64,000 nucleotides of DNA from Bacteroidales bacterium. GTDB lineage: Bacteria; Bacteroidota; Bacteroidia; Bacteroidales; JAADJA01. Position 1 is the first letter of the stretch. Each line of letters begins with the position of its first letter. The notes under the pieces are model-generated. The model had not been told where the DNA came from, made no database searches, and saw only the letters and a list, made by a program, of their open reading frames with translations. The stretch spans positions 11,977 to 75,976 of the forward strand of contig JAGQVE010000014.1 of NCBI GenBank assembly GCA_020438105.1, in the 5' to 3' direction. The translations under genes and the position numbers were made by a program. Shown here in pieces: positions 9,776 through 19,809 of this stretch.

Positions 9776-10231
9776 ATGGCAGAAAATAAGTTATCCGTTT
9801 ATTCCGATGAGCATTTCATGAAAGAAGCGCTTAAAGAGGCACAAAAAGCTTTTGAAAGGGATGAAGTTCCGGTGGGTGCAGTGGTGGTTTGTAATAATCA
9901 GATCATTGCCCGCGCACACAACCTCACCGAACAGCTTATTGATGTAACTGCCCATGCCGAAATGCAGGCCATTACTTCCGCATCCAATCATTTGGGCGCC
10001 AAATTCCTGGAAGATTGCACGCTTTATGTTACTGTAGAACCATGCCCCATGTGCGCAGGGGCATTGTTTTGGTCAAGAATGGGTAAAATTGTTTTCGGTG
10101 CTTCAGATCCCAAAAAAGGATATTCAACCATTTCAACGAAAATGCTTCATCCCGGAACTGAAATCATTTCGGGAATTATGGCAAAGGAATGCGGGCAAAT
10201 CATGACAACTTATTTTAAGCGTAAAAGATAG
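9776..10231 (+). CDS. tadA: tRNA adenosine(34) deaminase
   Basis: CDA zinc motifs HAEMQAI and PCPMCAGAL, with typical length. The start is set at ATG 9776 (MAENKL...). Confidence 0.9.
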   Translation: MAENKLSVYSDEHFMKEALKEAQKAFERDEVPVGAVVVCNNQIIARAHNLTEQLIDVTAHAEMQAITSASNHLGAKFLEDCTLYVTVEPCPMCAGALFWSRMGKIVFGASDPKKGYSTISTKMLHPGTEIISGIMAKECGQIMTTYFKRKR

Positions 10232-10263
10232 TATTAACCGATTCAATTAAAATTAATAAATCA

Positions 10264-10653
10264 ATGGAAATATTTTTTAATGGCAAAAAACAGGTTTTTG
10301 CCGACGTAAACGGACATATCATTAAAACTGACCAATCACCAAGAGGTGGTGGCGATGGCGAATTTCCGGAGCCTTTCACTTTATTCCTGGCATCACTGGG
10401 AACCTGCGCAGGAATTTATGTAAAAAGTTTTTGCGACCAGCGCGGTATTCCTGCCGAAGACATTAAACTAACGCAGGCTCAAAATTACAACCCAATTAAA
10501 AAATTGATCGATCAGATTGAGATCCAAATACATGTTCCGGCTATTTTCCCTGAAAAATATGAATCAGCGGTAATTAACACTGCCAGTTTGTGCGCAGTTA
10601 AACGCCATTTAAAAGACGATATTGAAGTAAGTGTAAAGGTGGTCAGGCACTAA
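10264..10653 (+). CDS. OsmC/Ohr-family protein
   Basis: 129 aa with a LASLGTCAGIY...C pattern. Size is typical of OsmC-like peroxiredoxins. Confidence 0.6.
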   Translation: MEIFFNGKKQVFADVNGHIIKTDQSPRGGGDGEFPEPFTLFLASLGTCAGIYVKSFCDQRGIPAEDIKLTQAQNYNPIKKLIDQIEIQIHVPAIFPEKYESAVINTASLCAVKRHLKDDIEVSVKVVRH

Positions 10654-10669
10654 TGATGACTGCTACAGG

Positions 10670-12325
10670 CTACCTTTTATCATGCCAGTTTTGCACCTGA
10701 ATGTGTAAGGTATCGGTAAAGCCATAAACGGCTGAGCGATTGGAAATATCACCACTATTTTGATCCACTTCCACACGGTTCCAACCTCCACGGGTAACCT
10801 TGTATTCGAAGCCCTGATTTTTTCCTGTAATGGTAATATATGGCCGGCCATCGGGAAGCCTGTCGAAGATCAGGTTCCGGTCTTCGGGGTTCCAGCCATT
10901 AAAATCGGGAGCCAGGTAAATACTGGCATTTGCGGGTGTATTTGGCGGCATTTGGTCAATTACAATGGTAAGGTGATCCAATTGAAGTGGCGGAAGATCG
11001 AGCCAGTTAACAATGTCAATTAATACCGTATCTGCGTCCTGGAAAAACAGTTGCCTGTTTTCAAATTGTTGACCTAAATTATCCACTTCCACATTTGACC
11101 AGTCGCCCCGGGTAATTTTATAGTTTAAAGCATATCCCCTGCGAGGCACATTAAGATAATATCGTCCTTTAAGGTCTTGTTCAAACCTGAATTTTCGTTT
11201 GTGCGGATTCCAGCCATTGATATCTCCGGCAAGGTAAAACTCCGAATTATCGGGAGTTGTCTCGGGCAGCTCACCGAGCACAATGGTTACTTCCTGATCA
11301 TTGATATAGTTCCGGTCCTTCCATCCACCTATTGAAAGGTAAACGGTATCTTCGGCTTCGAGATTGGTAACGCGGTTGGCAATTTCAAATCCATAACGGT
11401 CAACTTCAACGGTTGACCAGTCGCCACGTGTTATTTTGTATTCGATATACTGCTTCTTCCTGGGGAAGGGATAAAAATACTGGCCGTTTTTGTTTTTCTG
11501 AAAAATATAGTTTTTATCGTCAGGTGTCCAGTTATTAAGATTACTTACCAGATAAATATAATCATTCAGGGGTGTGGTTTTAGGCATGTCCTTGATAATA
11601 AAAACAACCCGGTTTGATTTTTCTTCAGAAGGTTTATCCACCCAGCCATCTACCGATAACCGAACCGTATCTTTAACCCCAAATTGTACTTTTCTGTTGG
11701 CCACATTATTTCCAAACTCATCCGACTCACTGGTTTGAAGATTGCCCCTGGTAACTTTAAATTCGAGCTCACTAACACCAGGCATTCTGTCGATGGTCAA
11801 TGAATATTTCCCGCTTGAGCTATCCTTCCTCAGCACAGCATTTTGATCAGGATTCCAGGCATTAAAATTTCCCGCAAGAGCAATTACTTCATCTTCCGGA
11901 GTATCTTTGGGCACACTATCCAGGATAATGGTAAGCCGCGGGCAGTTAATCGGGTCCATATCATTCCAGCTTTGAATCTGGTTGGTAATGGTATCCTGTT
12001 CGCCTAAAATCAAGGTGCGGTTATCAATTTCGTATCCGCATATATCTTTTTCAACGGTAGTCCAGTCGCCACGTGTAAATTTATATTCAATGGTTCCGAA
12101 TCCCGCCGGAAGCACCACGGAATAGGATCCATCATCATTTGGGATTAACCGGAAACGTGCTTCACCCGGATCCCAGTTATTAAAATTACCGGTAATAAAA
12201 ATGGGTTGGTTTTTAGGCGAATTTTCCGGAATGGAATCCACCCTTACAACCACCTTATGACAGGATGATAGCAACAGCAACGCTGCCATTAAAGTTAAAA
12301 TAATATTTCCTCTTGATTTCATCAT
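10670..12325 (-). CDS. Lipoprotein with five tandem CBM20/48-like beta-sandwich repeats
   Basis: Lipobox LLLLSSC. There are five repeats of about 100 aa. Each has an FN(N/A/G)W(D/N/T)P motif and a K(F/V/I)TRG(D/G/N)W..VE.D motif. Its start ATG overlaps the stop of the upstream LytTR gene (ATGA). Confidence 0.75.
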   Translation of the reverse strand: MMKSRGNIILTLMAALLLLSSCHKVVVRVDSIPENSPKNQPIFITGNFNNWDPGEARFRLIPNDDGSYSVVLPAGFGTIEYKFTRGDWTTVEKDICGYEIDNRTLILGEQDTITNQIQSWNDMDPINCPRLTIILDSVPKDTPEDEVIALAGNFNAWNPDQNAVLRKDSSSGKYSLTIDRMPGVSELEFKVTRGNLQTSESDEFGNNVANRKVQFGVKDTVRLSVDGWVDKPSEEKSNRVVFIIKDMPKTTPLNDYIYLVSNLNNWTPDDKNYIFQKNKNGQYFYPFPRKKQYIEYKITRGDWSTVEVDRYGFEIANRVTNLEAEDTVYLSIGGWKDRNYINDQEVTIVLGELPETTPDNSEFYLAGDINGWNPHKRKFRFEQDLKGRYYLNVPRRGYALNYKITRGDWSNVEVDNLGQQFENRQLFFQDADTVLIDIVNWLDLPPLQLDHLTIVIDQMPPNTPANASIYLAPDFNGWNPEDRNLIFDRLPDGRPYITITGKNQGFEYKVTRGGWNRVEVDQNSGDISNRSAVYGFTDTLHIQVQNWHDKR

Positions 12326-13092
12326 TGGTCAACCCATTTCATAAATTCAGGAACCTTTATTCGGCTGATCAAAATTGTTTCATCAGTGGGAGGTTCCAGC
12401 TCAAGATGTAATCGACTGTTAAAGTATTTACTTATTTTTTTAATTGCATTGATGGTAACGATGTACGATCGGTTTATCCTGAAAAATGCTTCCGGACTAA
12501 CAAGCCTCCCCAATTGTTCGAGGGAATAATCAACGATATACCGCTGATTGGACCTGGTGACCAGCATTACTTCATTATCCTCGGCCCTGAAATACGCTAC
12601 ATCACTTACATCAATGTGTTTAATTTGATCTCCTACTTTTGCAATAAAACGATTTTTGTATTTGGTATGCTGTATTTGCAGCAATTGCTCAATCTGCTCC
12701 ATATTCAGTCCCTGCCTTTCTTTTTTCCCATATTGTTCGCTTAACCCCGAAAATTTTTCGAGTGCAGCTTCCAGCTCATCCGATTTTATGGGTTTTAGCA
12801 AATAATCAATACTATTCAATTTAAAAGCCTGAATGGCATATTCATCATAAGCTGTTGTAAAAATTACAGGGGTTTTAAATTTCACCTGGTTAAAAATCTC
12901 AAAACTCAATCCATCACTAAGTTGAATATCCAGGAAAAGCAGATCGGGTTCATCATTTAGCTGGAACCACTCCACTGCCTCATCCACACTATCAAGGCAA
13001 TCCAAAATCTCAATTTCCTTCCCGGTTTTGGCAAGCAATCGTTTCAGCTCATTTTGAGCATAAGGCTCATCTTCAACTATCAGAACTCTCAT
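12322..13092 (-). CDS. LytTR-family response regulator
   Basis: REC plus LytTR domains (FFRINRSYIVTINAI). ATGA overlaps with the genes on both sides. Confidence 0.9.
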   Translation of the reverse strand: MRVLIVEDEPYAQNELKRLLAKTGKEIEILDCLDSVDEAVEWFQLNDEPDLLFLDIQLSDGLSFEIFNQVKFKTPVIFTTAYDEYAIQAFKLNSIDYLLKPIKSDELEAALEKFSGLSEQYGKKERQGLNMEQIEQLLQIQHTKYKNRFIAKVGDQIKHIDVSDVAYFRAEDNEVMLVTRSNQRYIVDYSLEQLGRLVSPEAFFRINRSYIVTINAIKKISKYFNSRLHLELEPPTDETILISRIKVPEFMKWVDQ

Positions 13093-14126
13093 GAGGGATT
13101 GATTAATGGTATTTTTACAACAAACTCCGAATCGGTTTCATAAATGTCCACAATTCCGGAAGTTAAGAACGAATAACGGCTCTGAATGTTTTTAAGGCCA
13201 AGTTTACTGCTGTACTCTTTTATTTCCTTGCGCTGCAAATTGTTTCTCACGGTCAATTTATCTTCGTTTGCTTCAATCTTTAAAGTCAAAGGCATTTTTC
13301 GAGAAATAACATTGTGTTTCACAGCATTCTCAATAAGCAACTGCAAGGTTAATGGAGCAATCAGTTTCGATTCCGCTTTCTTTTCAATTTGCCATTCCAC
13401 CATCAGGTTTTTTTCAAATCTCAAACCGAGTAAAAACAGGTATGAGCGGGCAATCTTAAGTTCCCTTTCGAAAAGCACCAGTTCGCTTCCTCGGTTTTCC
13501 AGAATATATCGGTATACATCTGATAATTCCCTGATAAATATTTCGGCTTTTTCGCGGTCGTTGTATATGAGTGATGATAGGGTATTAAGGCTGTTGAACA
13601 GAAAATGCGGATTCACCTGAGATCGCAAAGATTCAAACTGAAATTCCGCATTTTCTTTTTTAAAACGTTCCAATTCTGCTAACGAAAAACGCCATTTCTC
13701 CAAAAGGTATATGCTTAATTCAACAACTGTTAATACCGATATTATAACAACCACAAGGGCCGCCATGATCAGTTCATCCACAACCGCAACAAACGTGTAA
13801 TTGTTCCGAATGAGAATATACGACCACCGAAGCACGAAAACGACAAATAAGCCTACTAATAAACCCAATGACCATTGCATGAAAAATCTCCGGTACGCAT
13901 TTTTTTCCCAGCTAATGTTTTGATCAAGCTTAAGCTTCACCTGGTAAATGCCCTCTAAAGCAATGAATGTTATAATGATGGTGAAAAGATAGCTTACAAA
14001 AGACTGGAACAAGTCGTAGTTACGGTACATGAGGCTATAAGTAATATCCAGCAGGAACCTGAATAGTATACCCAGGAAGAGGAATATTCCCCAACGAATC
14101 CCACGATTTTTCAAATAACCCATCAT
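13089..14126 (-). CDS. Sensor histidine kinase, LytS/YehU type (multi-TM N-terminus)
   Basis: Several N-terminal hydrophobic helices. His_kinase motif LRSQVNPHFLFNSLN. N-box LLIENAVKHN. Confidence 0.85.
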   Translation of the reverse strand: MMGYLKNRGIRWGIFLFLGILFRFLLDITYSLMYRNYDLFQSFVSYLFTIIITFIALEGIYQVKLKLDQNISWEKNAYRRFFMQWSLGLLVGLFVVFVLRWSYILIRNNYTFVAVVDELIMAALVVVIISVLTVVELSIYLLEKWRFSLAELERFKKENAEFQFESLRSQVNPHFLFNSLNTLSSLIYNDREKAEIFIRELSDVYRYILENRGSELVLFERELKIARSYLFLLGLRFEKNLMVEWQIEKKAESKLIAPLTLQLLIENAVKHNVISRKMPLTLKIEANEDKLTVRNNLQRKEIKEYSSKLGLKNIQSRYSFLTSGIVDIYETDSEFVVKIPLINPS

Positions 14127-14245
14127 ATTTTAATCATGCTATTGATGTACTTCACTGCTCAAATTTACAAATTCCGTTACTTGTATATTGCAAAAGATGT
14201 CAAAGAACTGTTATTGGAATAAATTCGGGGTATTAACCCTTTTAA

Positions 14246-14623
14246 TTATTCAGCGATGGCCAGGGTGCCATCCCTTTTGGAAAACTTCTGTGAATAAAGA
14301 ACGTCTTTTCCTTGAACTACTTCAAAAGTGTATTCTCCTGATGGAAATTCCGAGATATCATATTTTACCCGGGTGTTGTCAATTTTTTTAAATTGTTTCT
14401 GATAAAGAACTTCATCATTGTCCGACTTTACCACCAATTTTATTTTGGTTTCAGGAGTCTTTGAAAGGATCATTGTTACAGCGTCGCCACTATTTGGATA
14501 CATGGCTACGGTTACATCCTCACCCTGGTGTACAAATTGATTGTTTGTTACCTGGTTTTCATTTTGTGAAAAAGTCAGGGTAGCTATTACTACCATTGCT
14601 GTTGTTAGAATTAAGGTTTTCAT
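14246..14623 (-). CDS. Small secreted hypothetical protein
   Basis: Signal peptide (VVIATLTFSQ), 125 aa. It is preferred over the overlapping + strand ORF, which has no signal peptide or motif. Confidence 0.45.
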   Translation of the reverse strand: MKTLILTTAMVVIATLTFSQNENQVTNNQFVHQGEDVTVAMYPNSGDAVTMILSKTPETKIKLVVKSDNDEVLYQKQFKKIDNTRVKYDISEFPSGEYTFEVVQGKDVLYSQKFSKRDGTLAIAE

Positions 14624-14763
14624 GGTTCAAATTTTTTTTAAAGTTTAACATTTAAAAGTTTGAACCAAAATTACAGCGGACCAGTGTGGTTTTGAAACCG
14701 AAAAACTGTGAAGTTAAGAATGAGTATTGTGAAATGAATGATTAATCCTGTGAAGTGAAAACA

Positions 14764-15726
14764 TTAAAACCCAATTTCCTTCAATCTTTCATTTAAATAC
14801 TCACCGGCGGTGATATCTTCAAACTGCTTTGGATTGTGTTCATCAATGCACTGAGGTAAACAACTCAGGTCCATTTGCGATTTGGGATGCATAAAAAACG
14901 GAATTGAAAAACGCGGGATATGCATCAACTCGCGCGGAGGATTTACCACCCGGTGAACGGTTGACTTTAACTTATTATTGGTAAGCCGCGACAACATATC
15001 GCCCACATTAACCACCACCTGCTCAGGCAAAGCAGTAATGGGGATCCACTTTCCATCGCGGCGCAACACCTGCAATCCGTCGGCGCTGGCACCCATCAGC
15101 AGGGTAATTAGGTTGATATCGGTATGCTCGGCTGCCCGAACTGCATCAGCGGGCAAACTATCCGGATTTAAAATGGGGAAGTAATGAATGGGACGTAAAA
15201 TGCTATTCCCATTTTTCACTTTATCATCAAAATAGTGCTCATCCAAATCAAGGTATAAAGCTGCTGCTCTTAACAGATCAATTCCTGCACACTCAAGTGT
15301 TTCAAAAGTTTTCGCTCCCAATTCAGCAAATTCAGGTACCTCAGCCGGGAATATATTTTTGGGGTAAGCAAGGGTATCCGGATCGTTCGGATCCAGTTTT
15401 TGACCAATATGATAAAATTCTTTGAGATCGGGAGCTTCAAAACCCTTGGCATGTTCCTTCATTTTACCAATATAACCGCGCTGGCCTTGTATTTCGGGAT
15501 CTTCATATTGTTGCTTTACTTCATCCGATTGCTGAAAGAACTTTTCAACTGCATTGTACAATCGCTGACGGTCATATTCATCAAGTCCATGATTTTTCAA
15601 AGCTACAAATCCAATGTTTGTCCAGGCTTCACCCAATTGGTTTACAAATTTAGCTTTTTGAGCTACTGAACCTTTTATAAAGTCGTTGAGGTCCAGCGAA
15701 GGAATTTCATCATATAACTTCAACAT
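14764..15726 (-). CDS. 2-oxoglutarate/Fe(II)-dependent oxygenase (isopenicillin N synthase family)
   Basis: HxD...H facial triad context (AEHTDINLITLL ... STVHRVVNP) and an R-x-S motif (IPRFSIPFF). Confidence 0.8.
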   Translation of the reverse strand: MLKLYDEIPSLDLNDFIKGSVAQKAKFVNQLGEAWTNIGFVALKNHGLDEYDRQRLYNAVEKFFQQSDEVKQQYEDPEIQGQRGYIGKMKEHAKGFEAPDLKEFYHIGQKLDPNDPDTLAYPKNIFPAEVPEFAELGAKTFETLECAGIDLLRAAALYLDLDEHYFDDKVKNGNSILRPIHYFPILNPDSLPADAVRAAEHTDINLITLLMGASADGLQVLRRDGKWIPITALPEQVVVNVGDMLSRLTNNKLKSTVHRVVNPPRELMHIPRFSIPFFMHPKSQMDLSCLPQCIDEHNPKQFEDITAGEYLNERLKEIGF

Positions 15727-15785
15727 GAGGAGATGATTTTAGTGATTTGGGTAAAAATAGTAAAAAATGAATCCTGTTAAGTATA

Positions 15786-15816
15786 AAAAAACCCCGGTGA
15801 ACTTCACCAGGGTTTT
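15786..15816 (-). terminator. Rho-independent terminator of the OmpA/TPR lipoprotein gene
   Basis: The minus strand reads CCCTGGTG-AAGTT-CACCGGGG followed by TTTTTTT. It lies about 20 nt after the stop at 15837. Confidence 0.75.
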
Positions 15817-15836
15817 ATATTTAGTTGGATGTTAAA

Positions 15837-17537
15837 TTACATTACCAGGCTTTTGAAAGCTTCGTTATCGAAATATTTCAGGAACTCGCGATCTTCTTTT
15901 GCTTTTTCTTTCATTGAAGCATCCATTCCGATTGCTTTTCCGAGATATTCAAATACCATATCACCATCATTGGTACGTGCACCGTAAACTGCAAGCATAT
16001 AATAAGTATTGGCACTTACAGGAGCACATTTGAGGTTGGTCATGGCATCTTTCATATTGTCAGTAAACATCTGCGCCATAGCAACATTGTGATCACATTT
16101 TGTATTTTTAAAATAGGTGAGTGCTTTCTGGTATTCACCTTTTTGGATAGCCATTACACCAAGGTTGTAGCTAACATCTTCGCCGTTTTTCTGGGCATTC
16201 AGAAAATGTTCTTCAGCCTTTGCATAATCACCCGTATGACTTGCAACAACACCCATATTGTTTTCGATCATACCATTGTTTTTCGAAAGTTTTTCAGCTT
16301 GCATGAGTAAGTTGGAAGCATCACTGATCATATCCATTTCAACAGCTTCAACAGCAGCATTGTTATATGCTTTCCAATCGCGGTTAGGATTAGAGAATGA
16401 AGCTCTGTAAATGTTGTATTTAGCCTGGTGATCTTCAGTTAAAGTTGCGGCATGGAGCAATTCAACATAAGTTAAAGAATCAGGACTGGTAACTGCCAGT
16501 TGAGCAATTTCTTCATCAGTACGTTTCGGTTCGTAGCAGCTAACTTTAATTTCAGCCCGACGCAGAGGAGGCAAAATTTTATCAGCAACTTCTTTGTAAA
16601 TTACAGTCATGTTGCGCATTTCCTGCTCGCGTTTTGAAACATCGCTTTGTGAATTTACAACATTGAGAATGGTGCTTTTTTCAGGAAGATCCGAATTCTG
16701 AACTGATTTCATGAATCCATCCCAATCTTCGCCATGACCTTTAACCAAATATTTTACATCTTCGGCATCAGTCAATTTAGCTACTTTGGATTCCATATAT
16801 TTTTTAGCACTTTCGGCACGATCATCAGCGAGGTTATCGTTGAAATCAATCTCTCCTTCGGGTGATGCCCATGCATCGATAGCTACGTCTTTAATTTCCC
16901 ATCCCTGCTCCAGGAAAGCATAAACTTCATTCAATGCAGCTTTGGCTTCGTCTGATTTATTCAGATCAATGCTCCAGTTAACATTGTAACGGTTTTGCAT
17001 ATAATAAATAGTGGCCATTTTTGTAATGATGGTTTCGCGCTCATATCCTGATGGGGCAAGAATTGCATTTTCAGTATGCTCGATATTTTGATACGTTGCG
17101 ATAATACCATCAGCCAGTTTAATATCATTGAATTCCTGAACTTTACTTCCTTTGATAACTTTTGCATTCACAAAAAGTTCTGAAGCATGCATGTCGTCAG
17201 TATAATCAAATGTTTCGTTGTAGGTGAAACTTCCACCTGTTTTTGAATTAATAACAGTTCCTTCACCTTCGGTTTTTTCACCACGAAGTGTGAAAGGTTT
17301 TAACTCTTTCACCTGGTCACCATATTTCAGGTAAGGTGTAAATTCAACTTTTGCTTTCTTGTGGAAAGATTTTTCCGGTACTGTTCCATTAACTGTAAAC
17401 GCAACTTCACCACCTTTGGCTTCCAACACCTCCGGGTTAACGGTATATGAATCTGGAAGTTTGGTTGACATACAACCTGAAAGGAAAAGAATGGAAATTG
17501 CTACTGTTAAAAATAGTAGACCTCTGTGTGATTTCAT
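15837..17537 (-). CDS. Lipoprotein with OmpA-like domain and C-terminal TPR-like repeats
   Basis: Lipobox FLSGC. OmpA-like segment AWASPEGEIDFNDNLADDRAESAKKYM. TPR-like segments (YNLGVMAIQKGEYQKALTYF). A terminator follows it. Confidence 0.55.
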   Translation of the reverse strand: MKSHRGLLFLTVAISILFLSGCMSTKLPDSYTVNPEVLEAKGGEVAFTVNGTVPEKSFHKKAKVEFTPYLKYGDQVKELKPFTLRGEKTEGEGTVINSKTGGSFTYNETFDYTDDMHASELFVNAKVIKGSKVQEFNDIKLADGIIATYQNIEHTENAILAPSGYERETIITKMATIYYMQNRYNVNWSIDLNKSDEAKAALNEVYAFLEQGWEIKDVAIDAWASPEGEIDFNDNLADDRAESAKKYMESKVAKLTDAEDVKYLVKGHGEDWDGFMKSVQNSDLPEKSTILNVVNSQSDVSKREQEMRNMTVIYKEVADKILPPLRRAEIKVSCYEPKRTDEEIAQLAVTSPDSLTYVELLHAATLTEDHQAKYNIYRASFSNPNRDWKAYNNAAVEAVEMDMISDASNLLMQAEKLSKNNGMIENNMGVVASHTGDYAKAEEHFLNAQKNGEDVSYNLGVMAIQKGEYQKALTYFKNTKCDHNVAMAQMFTDNMKDAMTNLKCAPVSANTYYMLAVYGARTNDGDMVFEYLGKAIGMDASMKEKAKEDREFLKYFDNEAFKSLVM

Positions 17538-17826
17538 GATCGTTAAAAATTTGGTAATTTTAAATTCAACTAAATAATGTGCGAAAATACTATTTTTAGT
17601 AGTATTCTAACAAATTTATATTAAAAAAGTTATCAAAAACAGTCTTGTTAAAATTCACTTTTTAATTAAATCCTGTCAAGCTTTACCACATTAAAAATTT
17701 CAAAACCAATCGTAATAACAAGAAACTACATTTCAGAGGGTTTTTCCAGCTTGATACAATTATTTAAACCATTTGAAGCCGGATAATTTATTAGCTTTAC
17801 AGGTTTTAATAAAACATGTTGTTTCT

Positions 17827-19791
17827 ATGAAAAAATTCTTCATGCTATCGCTTTTATTAGCTGTCGTCATGCAGCTAAAGGCAGATCCCGAAATTTGGTC
17901 AAAAATTAAAAATGCAGGGGATCAGAAAGACTTTCCCGGCAAGTCGGAAGTAATCATCTTCGACAGTACCATGGTGGATGTTCAGGAAACCGGATTGAGT
18001 TATGTTTACATGCATAAACTTACCAAAATTCTGAATGAGAAGGGCGCAAAAGACAATGCAGTGGTAAAAATTGGTTACGATCCTTTATCCGCTTACGTGG
18101 AAATAAGAGGTGTAAAAATTTACCGTAATACAGGTTTGATCGAAGAGGTGAATCTTGAAAATGTATTGGATTATCCGGCCCCGGCCAGAGCCATTTACTG
18201 GGGTGCAAGTGAAAAAATGGTGGAAGTAGGCCATCTTGAGCCGGGTGATGCCATTGAGGTTAATTTATTCAGGAAAGGGTTTACTTACGCCCTCTTACTG
18301 GATGGGATCATCGACGATGAAAAGTATATCCCCCCCATGCGTGGCCATTTTTACGATATCGTTGAGTTTTGGAGCTCACAGCCGGTAAAGGAAAAAGTGT
18401 ATCAGGCTAAAATCCCTGCAGATAAACTTGTTCAATACAAAGTTTACAACGGCGAGGTAATGGCTTCGGCTGTTCCGGTGGGCGATGCATTTTTATATTC
18501 CTTTACCAAAAAGGATTACACCGAGCCCAAAAGTGAACCCAATATGGTGGCAAAGTCAGATGAATTTACAAAATTGCTGATTTCCACCAGTCCCGACTGG
18601 ATTGCTAAGTCGCTCTGGTTTTATGGCGTAAATGAAGATTTTGGAAGTTTTGAATCAACCCCGGAAATTGACAGGAAAGTTGCTGAAATTCTGAAAGGGG
18701 CTAAAGATGAAATGGATTCGGTTTCAAAATTGACCCATTGGGTGGCAGATAATATTCGCTATTCTGGAATTTCGATGGGAGAAGGTGAAGGATTTACATT
18801 GCACAAAGGTGAAATGACTTTTAGCGACCGCTGTGGTGTATGTAAAGACAAAGCCGGTATGCTGATTACCATGCTTCGGGCTGCCGGATTTGAATCGTAT
18901 GCCGCCATGACCATGGCCGGTTCGCGTATCGACCGGATACCAGCCGATCAATTCAATCACTCCGTAACTGTGGTAAAACTTTCGGATGGAAAATACCATC
19001 TGCTCGATCCCACATGGGTGCCTTTCGTTCGCGAATTATGGTCGAGTTTGGAACAACAGCAAAATTACCTGATGGGCGTTCCTGAAGGTGCTGACCTGAT
19101 GATCACCCCCATTTCACCACCTGAAAATCACTACCTGAAAATAAACGGAACTTCTAGTTTGAGCGAAGACGGAACCCTCTCCGGTGAATTTACTCTTGAG
19201 GCTGAAGGACAGTCCGACGCTGCCATCCGGCGGATTTTTACCGGCGCCTACAGAACTACCTGGGAAGAAAACCTTGAAAGGGAGTTAATATCCGTTCAGC
19301 CGCGGGCTAAGATCATCTCAGCCGATTATGGAGATCCGATGGATTATCAAAACGCCAACCTTAAAATTATTATCAAATACGAAATTCCCGGTTATGCCAT
19401 TGTTACTGATAATGAGATATTGATCACACCTGTGGTAGTTTCCAATATTTTCAAAAGAGCCATGTCGCACCTTTATATGAATACGTCGGTTAAGGAACGG
19501 ACTTACCAGTTTAGAGATCGTTGCTCACGTCAGGTACAGCTATCTGAAACGGTTCAGTTACCTTATAAAGTTGAAACCGTTTACCTGCCTTCAACCGAGC
19601 TGATGAGCGGAACAGGAGCCACTTTCAAGGGTGCTTTTTATGTGGAAGGCGATCAACTAACCGTATCGGAAAATATGAAATTTAAAAAACGGATTTACGA
19701 TCCTGAGGATTGGGGCTCATTCAAAAGTGCCGTTGTGTCGCAGAATAAGATTGCTGAAGAACCGGTAATTCTTAAAAAATCCAGTTTCTAA
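17827..19791 (+). CDS. DUF3857-type protein with transglutaminase-like cysteine protease core
   Basis: The start is set at ATG 17827 (MKKFFMLSLLLAV signal peptide). Cys-His-Asp core: CGVCKDKAGMLITMLRAAG ... FNHSVTVV ... LLDPT. Confidence 0.75.
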   Translation: MKKFFMLSLLLAVVMQLKADPEIWSKIKNAGDQKDFPGKSEVIIFDSTMVDVQETGLSYVYMHKLTKILNEKGAKDNAVVKIGYDPLSAYVEIRGVKIYRNTGLIEEVNLENVLDYPAPARAIYWGASEKMVEVGHLEPGDAIEVNLFRKGFTYALLLDGIIDDEKYIPPMRGHFYDIVEFWSSQPVKEKVYQAKIPADKLVQYKVYNGEVMASAVPVGDAFLYSFTKKDYTEPKSEPNMVAKSDEFTKLLISTSPDWIAKSLWFYGVNEDFGSFESTPEIDRKVAEILKGAKDEMDSVSKLTHWVADNIRYSGISMGEGEGFTLHKGEMTFSDRCGVCKDKAGMLITMLRAAGFESYAAMTMAGSRIDRIPADQFNHSVTVVKLSDGKYHLLDPTWVPFVRELWSSLEQQQNYLMGVPEGADLMITPISPPENHYLKINGTSSLSEDGTLSGEFTLEAEGQSDAAIRRIFTGAYRTTWEENLERELISVQPRAKIISADYGDPMDYQNANLKIIIKYEIPGYAIVTDNEILITPVVVSNIFKRAMSHLYMNTSVKERTYQFRDRCSRQVQLSETVQLPYKVETVYLPSTELMSGTGATFKGAFYVEGDQLTVSENMKFKKRIYDPEDWGSFKSAVVSQNKIAEEPVILKKSSF

Positions 19792-19809
19792 AAAACCACA
19801 AAAATCATA

